A stretch of 64,000 bases of DNA from an uncultured Gammaproteobacteria bacterium (GTDB lineage: Bacteria; Pseudomonadota; Gammaproteobacteria; DATFLG01), in NCBI GenBank assembly GCA_963830105.1, contig CAWHLH010000003.1, forward strand, positions 771,931 through 835,930, in the 5' to 3' direction. Shown piece by piece: positions 46,563 through 55,400 of the stretch (position 1 is its first letter; every line of letters starts with the position of its first letter). The notes beneath the pieces were generated by a model. That model had not been told where the DNA came from. It was given only the letters and a program-made list of their open reading frames with translations, and did not search any database. A program made the translations under genes and the position numbers.

Positions 46563-49500
46563 TTACCTGTCCGACGCCGGCAGTAGCGCCTCCATCCACT
46601 CATCAAGGTGGTCATCGAGCATCCATTGGCTTCTCACCCATTCGCGCAGCTGCACTCCTTCCTGCTCCGCCGCGTCAAGATCGTGGACCCGGTCCCGTAT
46701 CGCATTGATCCATGCGCTGGCCGTATTGGCCACCCGCGTCACCGGAGCGTTGCGGTACGGTTCGATGTCCGTGCATATCACCGGGCAGCCCAGGACCCCG
46801 TATTCCAGCAGACGTAGATTGCTCTTGGCCTCGTTGAAGCTGTTGTACTCGAGCGGCGCCACGGCGATATCCAGACCCAGAGCCGCCAGGGCTGTTGGGT
46901 AGTCGTCGTACGGCACCGGCCCGTGGAACTCCGCCACATACGGCCGGATCGGCTCGGGGCACATGCCCATGAACACCCAGTCCACCTCCCGGGCGGTTTC
47001 TCGCACGACCTGATCCAGCAGTTGCAGGTCGCCTTCGTGCTGAAGCGCCCCCACCCATCCGATGCGCGGCCTGTCGCCGACTCGGCGGCGGACTTCCAGA
47101 TCGGCCCAGCGGTGATCCAGCCTGTTGGGCACGATGCGAATGTCACCGATGTAACTGCGGAAGTGATGGCCGAGCGCTTCAGTCGTGACAATCAGCCGAT
47201 CGCACAGAGACAGGCATTCTCGAAGGCGTTTCTTTATATCTTTATAGATGGTGGATCGTAGCGGATTCTTGGCGGGCAGCGCAGTCATCAGATCGTCCTG
47301 CCCGAAGGTGACAAAGGCGCCACCGCCGCGCCGGTACTGCCGCAGCGCCTCGATGTGCGCGTCGTGGACCGTGTTGTAGAGCAGCAGGCTGTCAACGTCC
47401 AGCCTGGCCAATTCGACCGGGCCCGGCACGCGCACCTGGTCGGGGTAAGTTGGAACCTCTGCCGTGTTGGCAATCCCCCGGCGCCCAAGGACATGAAGGG
47501 GTTGGGAGCCACGATACTCCCAGGACCCGGCGGAGCCGAACGCCATCCCCAGTATGCGCGGCAGGTCGTGGTTGTCCCGCGCAGACCACGCGGGCAGATC
47601 GTCCTCCAACGCCACGTCCGGTCGATGCAGGGACAAAGCCGGATGAAACGCCGGATCGTTGGCGAGCCGCGGCAACCAGCGCGCCCGCAGCCCCATCACT
47701 TCCTTCTCCGCTCCCTGCCCCGTGGTATCGGGCTGTCCGGCAAATATCGTCACGTGCGGCGTCCATATCACGCGTCGCCCGCGCTCCTGGGCCCGCAGAC
47801 ATATTTCCGTATCGCCGTGGTGGCGATTCGGCGCCAGCATGTCGATACCTAAATCGGCGTACAGCGCCTTCTCGATCAACAGGCCATCCCTGGAAACTGC
47901 TGACATCTCCTGGGCAACCTGAGCGCGCCCGAAATAGCCAGGTGCCGAATGGGTGAGCCCCGGCTGCAGCGGGGCCGCTATGCCGTCGGTACCCAGGCCA
48001 AGAATCTTACCGATGCCCCGAATGGACTGATCCGCACCGACGACGCGAGCACCGACAATGCCGGCCTCGGAGGGTAGCGCCTGCGCCACCATCCGCTCGA
48101 CCCAATTCGGTTGCACCACGCGCATGCCGTCGCACACGAACAACAGATACTCCGCCTCCACCGCGCCAATATCCTGCGGCGTCTCGAGCAGACCGATCCG
48201 GGCGTCCCGGTCGGCCAATACCCTTAAACCCTGCGCCACACTGTGATCCCGGTGCGCCAGACTAAGCCAGACGCGCATATCCGGATACGTCGTCGTCTCC
48301 AGAACCGATTGCACGCTGTTGGTGACTTCGTCAGCGCTGCCGCGGCCATGGACGACGACTGCGACTTGCGGCAAGCGCATCGGCTCGTATTCAACGCGCC
48401 AAGTCTCGCGCGCAATCCCCGGTTGTACAGCCGCCTTTGTGCCGCAGCGACTCAGATGCTCGGTCACTATGGCCATCCCGAGGACCGTCGCCTTCTCGCT
48501 GGACGTGCGGTTCGCGTCGAGGCGATGGTAGAGAATGTGTGGAATATGCCCGACCGCGCCGTCACCGCACCGTTCGATGATGCGCAACACGGCATCGTAG
48601 GCCTCCATTCCGTCGAGGCAAACGTAACCTCCCAGTGCGAGCAGTACCTCACGCGCCACCAGACAAAACCGCCCCACATAGGCCTGCCCGCGCAGCCATT
48701 CGAGATTGACGTCCGGCTTCAGGCGTGGCTCGTACTCACGTCCGTCGGCTCCAATCCGATCCTCGTCGGTGTATACAAACCGCCATTTCTCGTGCCTCTG
48801 GATATAGTCAGCGCATTGCAGAAGCAGCGAAACGTCGAACCGATCCCCCGGCCCCACCAGGCCGACCCAATCCGCCTCGACGTCACCGATGACCCGATTC
48901 ACTGCCTCGAGCCATCCGCCCCCGTCGACCTCCACCCACCGTAGCGCGGGATGCTGCGAGAACAGGGGATCGGGCGCTGGGCAATCCGCCACGACCGAGA
49001 GCTTCCAGCGCCCGTAGTGCTGCGCCGACACGGATTCCAGGGTGTCCGGCAAGCCGGACATATCCTTTTCCGACACCACCATCACCAGGTGCATCCCCGG
49101 CTGCGATGCCTTCCCCTCCACCGCCTGCCGCAGCTGATCGAGCTGCTCCGCCGTCGGTGCGCGCGCTGCGCGCCACCTTTCATACGCTTCGACCAACCGG
49201 TCCCTGACCTTTTCCGGCGACAACTTGTTGTCGGCCACATCGAGCAGCCCCGTCACCAACTGGCGCGACCCATCCCTGCCATGGAGCAGTTCGGAATAAA
49301 CAGCGTCATAGTCGCCGACGTTGTCCTCCATTGACTTGTGCACCAACCCCTCGAGCCCTGCGTGGACGCCCGTGAGCGAACTGCGGTCCTGCGCCAGTTC
49401 CAGGAGGCGCTTCGCCAATGCAGCCGGGTCCGAGGGCGGGACCAGAAAACCGGTAACCCCGTCGACCACCCGTTCGGGAATGGCCCCCACCGCCGCCGCG

Positions 49501-52469
49501 ACAACCGGCACACCCATGGCCTGGGCCTCGCTCACCGTCAGACAGAACGTTTCGTCCCACACCGACGGTATAATGACAACGTCCACGCGCCCAAGGAGCT
49601 TCGGCAGTTCTTCAGCCGAATAATTCCCGTGCAGCCTCAGGCCAAGCGATACCGCTCGTGCCTTGATGGTATCCTGGACCCCGCCGAACACTTCGACCTG
49701 CACCGCTTCGCCGCGCATCCGCTCCACAGCATCGAGTACCGTGTATGCCCCCTTGCGCTCGGTGAGGTTGCCGAGAAATCCGACCCGAAAGGTGCTGGTG
49801 CGCGGCGGGCGCGCTGACCTACCCTTTACTACGACGCCGTGGGGAACGACGCGGATCTTCGCACCCACCGTTTCCCCCAGCGCACGACAGAACTGGTCGC
49901 GCACGAAGGCCGACGGGGCAATAAGAATATCCGCCGCCTCCAGCACCGACTGGACCAGCGCCTGACGCTCGCCCATATACTGATTCAGCGCCGCGGGCGC
50001 GTGGATGCCGCTCAATTCACGCTTGGCGGACAGGCAACGCATGCACTGCGGGTCGGCGCCGTTGCTCTGCTCCCGTCCACAGCGCCTGTATTCCGGAAGC
50101 ATCAAGTTGTACTCGGGGCACAGCAAGAAATAGTCGTGGAGCGACACTACAACTTTCTTGCCGAGCGCCTTGGCCAGTACCGGCAACAGCAGACTGTCCC
50201 AGTGCGCCAAATGCTGAAAATGAACGATGTCGTAGTCACCCCCGGCTACAAAGCGGGTGAAGTTCCCTTCCACAATCGCATTGTCAAGATCGCCTGCAAT
50301 GCCGACAAACCGCTCCCTGGCCACCACGTTGCGCTCTCTGAGTTCAACGACCCGCAGGTGGGAATCACGCTGCTCCGAATGAAATTCGACATAGTCGCTT
50401 CTTTCGGCTTTTGTATTCCGGCCAGGGAACATGACCGTCGAGCGGTAGCGCTTTTCGAGACCGTCTATCAAACGCCGGGTATGCAACTCCGTGCCGCCCG
50501 GCACATCGAAGCTGTGAATCACATGCAGCACGTGCGGCCGGACTTCGCCCGGTTTGCGCTCCAGCGCCGTCTGCAGGCGCTCCTGCACCTCGCGAAGCGG
50601 ATTATGATGGCAGAAGACCTGCACCGCGACGTCGTACTTCGGCCAGCGCTTCGCGAGCACTTGCGCGTTGCGCAGTCGCCGCTTGCCAATCTGTTTTATG
50701 GAACTGAAGGAGGCCTCGCCATAATGGTGCACGTAGGCGTCGTCACAGCAGACGGTTTCGATTCCTACGTGCCAGGCGCGCATGCAGAAATCGCTCTCCT
50801 CGCCGTACCCAAGACCGAAGACCGAATCGAACACCCCGACCCGGTCGAGGGTTGCGCGGGTGATGAGCATGCAGAATCCCACGGCTGTCGGCAAACGCGG
50901 ATATGAACGCGGCGCATTCTCCGCCACGATCGCCGCAAACCTGTCCACCGACATGTCAGGCGGCAGCCGGTTGGCGGCGCTCATGACCGGAACCGAAAGA
51001 ATCGTGGCATTGTTCGACAAGGGCGAAACTATGCCGATTGCCGGATCGCTGAGGCGACAACGGTCCAGACGTGCCAGCCACCCGGCCGTCACCTCGGTAT
51101 CTGAGTTCAAGATCACCACATCATGGCGCGACAGCATGAAGCCCCGATTGACGTTTCCGATGAACCCGAGATTGCTGTCCGAGGTAACCACGCGCACACG
51201 CGGATCGGAAGATTCAAACCCCCTGAGCAATGGCAGGACCCGCGGATCGGAACTCGCGTCATCGAGGAGAATTACACAGTGCTTGGGATCGGTGTACCGC
51301 AACACGCTTTCCACGCAGCGCTTGACGTGATCGTAGGCGTTGTAGATCGGTATCAGGATATCGTATGCGGTCTCACTCTCCGCCAGCGCTTCGGCCGGCG
51401 GCATCCTGCGGACCAGCGTGAGCGCCCGATCGATGGCACTCCTGATACGCACGGCCGCACGGTCACGCTCTGGTCCCTGATTCGAGCTCTCGAGCACCGA
51501 CTGGTTCGCTGAGCGAGACTTGGACTCGATCGCATCAAGCCGACGCCGCAGTTGCTCCGGATCGCGGTCGTAGTTCGTGCTATCGCCATAGCGCGGCGTA
51601 GCCAGCAGCGCAACGGCCAGCTCATCAAGCCTTTCGACGGGCGAGCACTGTGCGATCGCAGCTTGCAAATTCACTACTCGCTCGCGGGGAACGAACAGCA
51701 GCGAGCTTTCCTCGGCCACGCCGAACATGTTATCCGGATTGCCGCGGAAATTTTCTATGTTGAATGCCGGGAAACGACAAAAGTATGCAGCGTAGTCGTA
51801 TTCTCTGAAGAACTTGACGATATCCCAACCGCGCTCAAGATCGTTGCACTCCAGATAGACCACCGATCGGGAGCGCGCCAGGTTTTGCTGCGCGCCGCGA
51901 AGGACGTCAAGTTCCATCGCCTCAACATCGATCTTGATCAGATCGACGTTTTCCTCGCACACACTGTCGAGCGTGATGACGGGTACCGTCAACATCTCCA
52001 TGTCCGGCTGGGCAGGGTTCTGGCCAGCGGCCAGAGACAATGCCCCGACATTCTGTCGTTGTGTGGGATCGATGGCAGGGATCGATACCGTCCCCGCAAC
52101 GCACGAGACCGCCGCATCGAACGCCCGGACGTTGCGGATTGCGTTCTGGACCAGATTCCGTGTTAAGACCTCGAAGACCTGCGGCTGGGCCTCGACCGCA
52201 TAGACGCGTCCGCTATCGCCGGCAATGCTCGAAAGGGCGAGGGTGTGAGTGCCTACGTTCGCACCGGCATCAATCACGACGCCGCCCGGCGGTACGAATT
52301 GCGCGAGGAACTCTATCTCGGCCTGCGCCCACTCGCCGTAGGCCTGCAAGGCATCGCCGATGGGACCGTCGAAGGGGAAAAATGACATCGAACCGTACCG
52401 GCACGGCAGGGTCTGCACGATATCATCCATCGGCTGCAACGCGGTTGTCGTATCAACGCTACGATTCAT
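46563..52469 (-). CDS. Giant (1968-aa) multidomain flagellin-glycan enzyme: FkbM methyltransferase - GT2 - GT4 - GT2 - GT2 - C-terminal GT-B-like domain
   Basis: Residues 60-250: VVIDAGANVGTHTLALS…VYAVEAQPQVFEVLTRNL…IKIDVEAMELDVLRG is an FkbM-family SAM methyltransferase. Then GT-A segments with DxD-like motifs (LLDDASSDP, NSDTEV; YTDED). A GT4-like region (…ETFCLTVSEAQAMGVPVVAAAVGAIPERVVDGVTGFLVPPSD). The C-terminal ~350 aa are paralogous to the C-terminus of the next gene. Start ATG at 52469 lies 11 nt after the stop of the upstream gene. Confidence 0.8.
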   Translation of the reverse strand: MNRSVDTTTALQPMDDIVQTLPCRYGSMSFFPFDGPIGDALQAYGEWAQAEIEFLAQFVPPGGVVIDAGANVGTHTLALSSIAGDSGRVYAVEAQPQVFEVLTRNLVQNAIRNVRAFDAAVSCVAGTVSIPAIDPTQRQNVGALSLAAGQNPAQPDMEMLTVPVITLDSVCEENVDLIKIDVEAMELDVLRGAQQNLARSRSVVYLECNDLERGWDIVKFFREYDYAAYFCRFPAFNIENFRGNPDNMFGVAEESSLLFVPRERVVNLQAAIAQCSPVERLDELAVALLATPRYGDSTNYDRDPEQLRRRLDAIESKSRSANQSVLESSNQGPERDRAAVRIRSAIDRALTLVRRMPPAEALAESETAYDILIPIYNAYDHVKRCVESVLRYTDPKHCVILLDDASSDPRVLPLLRGFESSDPRVRVVTSDSNLGFIGNVNRGFMLSRHDVVILNSDTEVTAGWLARLDRCRLSDPAIGIVSPLSNNATILSVPVMSAANRLPPDMSVDRFAAIVAENAPRSYPRLPTAVGFCMLITRATLDRVGVFDSVFGLGYGEESDFCMRAWHVGIETVCCDDAYVHHYGEASFSSIKQIGKRRLRNAQVLAKRWPKYDVAVQVFCHHNPLREVQERLQTALERKPGEVRPHVLHVIHSFDVPGGTELHTRRLIDGLEKRYRSTVMFPGRNTKAERSDYVEFHSEQRDSHLRVVELRERNVVARERFVGIAGDLDNAIVEGNFTRFVAGGDYDIVHFQHLAHWDSLLLPVLAKALGKKVVVSLHDYFLLCPEYNLMLPEYRRCGREQSNGADPQCMRCLSAKRELSGIHAPAALNQYMGERQALVQSVLEAADILIAPSAFVRDQFCRALGETVGAKIRVVPHGVVVKGRSARPPRTSTFRVGFLGNLTERKGAYTVLDAVERMRGEAVQVEVFGGVQDTIKARAVSLGLRLHGNYSAEELPKLLGRVDVVIIPSVWDETFCLTVSEAQAMGVPVVAAAVGAIPERVVDGVTGFLVPPSDPAALAKRLLELAQDRSSLTGVHAGLEGLVHKSMEDNVGDYDAVYSELLHGRDGSRQLVTGLLDVADNKLSPEKVRDRLVEAYERWRAARAPTAEQLDQLRQAVEGKASQPGMHLVMVVSEKDMSGLPDTLESVSAQHYGRWKLSVVADCPAPDPLFSQHPALRWVEVDGGGWLEAVNRVIGDVEADWVGLVGPGDRFDVSLLLQCADYIQRHEKWRFVYTDEDRIGADGREYEPRLKPDVNLEWLRGQAYVGRFCLVAREVLLALGGYVCLDGMEAYDAVLRIIERCGDGAVGHIPHILYHRLDANRTSSEKATVLGMAIVTEHLSRCGTKAAVQPGIARETWRVEYEPMRLPQVAVVVHGRGSADEVTNSVQSVLETTTYPDMRVWLSLAHRDHSVAQGLRVLADRDARIGLLETPQDIGAVEAEYLLFVCDGMRVVQPNWVERMVAQALPSEAGIVGARVVGADQSIRGIGKILGLGTDGIAAPLQPGLTHSAPGYFGRAQVAQEMSAVSRDGLLIEKALYADLGIDMLAPNRHHGDTEICLRAQERGRRVIWTPHVTIFAGQPDTTGQGAEKEVMGLRARWLPRLANDPAFHPALSLHRPDVALEDDLPAWSARDNHDLPRILGMAFGSAGSWEYRGSQPLHVLGRRGIANTAEVPTYPDQVRVPGPVELARLDVDSLLLYNTVHDAHIEALRQYRRGGGAFVTFGQDDLMTALPAKNPLRSTIYKDIKKRLRECLSLCDRLIVTTEALGHHFRSYIGDIRIVPNRLDHRWADLEVRRRVGDRPRIGWVGALQHEGDLQLLDQVVRETAREVDWVFMGMCPEPIRPYVAEFHGPVPYDDYPTALAALGLDIAVAPLEYNSFNEAKSNLRLLEYGVLGCPVICTDIEPYRNAPVTRVANTASAWINAIRDRVHDLDAAEQEGVQLREWVRSQWMLDDHLDEWMEALLPASDR

Positions 52470-52480
52470 TTCACCCTACT

Positions 52481-55400
52481 CTAGCTGTAATGCCGGGCGA
52501 TCGAGACCGGCCGGCACTCCGCAACCGGGCGGGTCTTGTCACCGGGCGTCAGGGACGCCATCCAGTCGTCCAAATGGTCCTCGAGCATCCATCCGTTCAG
52601 CACCCAATCCTTCAGCCTGTCCCCTTCCTGCGCGGCGGCGCCCAGGTCATGCGCGCGTTCGCGAATCGCGTCGATCCACGCGGCAGGATCATTGCGTACA
52701 CGCTTGACTGGGCCGCCACGGTACGGTTCGATATCCGTACACACCACCGGCCAGCCCAGAACTCCATATTCCAGGATACGCAGATTGCTCTTTGCGATGT
52801 TGAATGGATGGTCTTCCAGGGGTGCCACGGCCAGATCCAGATTGAGTGCAGCGAGCCTGACCGGGTACTGGGCGAATTCCCCGAACTCGTGGACCTCCCG
52901 CACGAACGGACGCAATGCATCCGGACACATTCCGAAGAACACCCAATCCACCTCTTTGGCGGTGGCCTGGACGACCGGGATGAGCAGTTCGAGGTCGCCC
53001 AGGTGCTGCTGACCGCCGGCCCACCCCACTCGGGGACGAGGCCCCTGACGGCGCAGCGAACGTAGCGTGCCCCAGCGGGAGCGTGGCAGATAGTTGGGAA
53101 GGACACGTATGTCGTCGATGATGTCCCGATACACCTCCGCGATGGGGTCAGTGGTAACGATCAACCGATCGCAGCAGCTGAGCGCTCGGCGGGTGCGCGC
53201 CTTGATATCACGGAAAAGCAACTTCCGACGGGAATTCTTTTCCGGTACCTGCGTTTTCAGGTCTTCCATGTCGAAGACCCGGAATGCCCTGTTGAAACGC
53301 TTGTAGCTTTCAAGGGCGTCCAGGTGCGCGTCATCCAAGGTCCCCTGCAGCAGCAGGGTGTCCGGATCGAGACGTTCCAGTTCGACTATCGAGGGTACCC
53401 GCGGCCAGCCCTCCTGGGGTGCGGCAAAACCGCAGCGGGCACGCGCAGCGGCGGCCAACGCGTTCAAAGGCGCCAGAACGCGGTACTCCCCGCAGCCATA
53501 GGTGTCGACGGGGATACCGAGGATACGGGGGCGGTCGTTAAATGACGGGTCCCAGCTCGCGGTCGACTCGGTGCGCGTGCGGAAGTCCCTGTGGGACAGG
53601 CTCAGGTTTCGGTTGTAATACGGATCGTGCGCCAGATCTCCGAGCCAGCGTTGGAGCATCCGGTTTCCCTCTTCCCCGCAGCCCGGTCGCTCGCCTCCCG
53701 CGCACTGCGGCGGTTGCCAGCCCAGCAGCGCGTGCGGTGTCCACACAACTCGCAGGCCCCGGTTGCGCAACCGAAGGCAGAGATCGGCGGGGTACCAAAC
53801 GTTGGGAAGCATCTGTTCGTCGAAGGGGCCGATGGCTTCGAAAGCAGCGCGGCGGACCATCAAACACGCGCCAGGCACGGCGGACACGCCTTGATCGGTC
53901 AGGGCGCGCCCAAAATAGCCCGGATCCCATGCCGACAGACCTGCGAATGCATCTGCGGCTACGCCGCCTATCCCCAGCAGCAGGGCACTGTGTGCCACCG
54001 TTTTGTCCGGCCCCACAACCCGTGGCGCCACCACGCCGACATCCGGTCGCTGGGCATGGTTGAGCAGTTCTTCCAGCCAGGTTTCCTGCACAAACACCGA
54101 GTGCCTGTCGATGAAAACCAGATATTCACCTGTCGCCACCTCCACTGCCGCATTGTAGGCGGCGGCGCGATTGCCCGGGGTCGGCGCCGTCACCACCCTC
54201 ACGAGTCCCTGGTGGCGCAACAAGTCCAGGTAGTCGTAGGTGTCTTCATCCTCACTACCCTCGTCCACGATCAGCAATTCCATGTGTGCATACCGGGTAG
54301 CGTCGCGCAGGCTGTCGATGAAGATTTCCAGGACATGGAGGTCGTCACGGACAGCAACAATGACCGAGACCATGGGATGAGCGGCATGCTGATAGCAGAC
54401 CCGCAGGGTCTGCGTCGCCAGCCCCTCGGCGACCTCCGCTGTCTGTCCGCAGCGCTCGAGATGGGCTGCCAACGCCGCACGGCGCCACGGCATAAGCCGG
54501 AGGTCGCCGCGCAGGGCTTCGGTGACGGGTCCCCGATGATACAAGACATCGGCGACATGCCCGATGCACTCGGTCCCGCAACGCTCCAGCACCTTCAATG
54601 CCAGTTCGTAATTCCGAATTCCCGGCTCCGAGCTGTAGCCCCCGGCTGCCAGCAACACCTCCCGACGCACGAGACAGAAACTGCCGACCCCGTCCTGGGA
54701 ACGCAGCAGGTCAGGGTCGGCATCTGTCTTGAACCACGGGTCTGCGCGCCTGCCGGCGGCGTCCATCCGGTCCTCGTCACTGTAGATCAAGGCCCAGTCC
54801 GGAGACTGTTGGAGATGATCGATACAGGCAAACAGGGCATTCGGTGCCAGCCGGTCGCCGGGGCGGATCAGCCCGACCCAGTCGGCGTCGGTATCTGCAA
54901 TCGCCCGGTTGATGGCGGACTCCGGATCGTCCCCACACTGGTACCACTCCAGGTTGGGCTGTTCGCCGAACAGGGCGTCCGGGCAAGGCTCCTCAGCGAC
55001 AACGGTCAACCCCCACCCGGGATAGAGCTGGTCTGAGAGCGACTGCAGGGTAGGGGCCAGAAGTTGCGTTTCGCCGGTCCGCAACGGTGCGATGAGATGG
55101 ACGGAGGGACGTACACGCCAGTTCAGCACCATACGTTCGGCCAGAAGTTCCCCGTCAGACTCGCGCAGGGCGTAGATGCGGGTCCAGTCGGCATAGTCAA
55201 GGGGCCGGTCTGGCCCCTGTGCATCACCATCGAAGGGCATCGGCGGCGGTGCCGGCGAGAGGGCCGCAAACACATCCTCCAGCGCATCGAGTTCCAAAGC
55301 CGCCTGATCGAGAAATGCCGCGTCCGGTGCCACATCACCGGCCGCGACGCTTGCGAGATGGCCGTACACCCCATCCACGAGGGATCGAAGCCCTCGCGGC

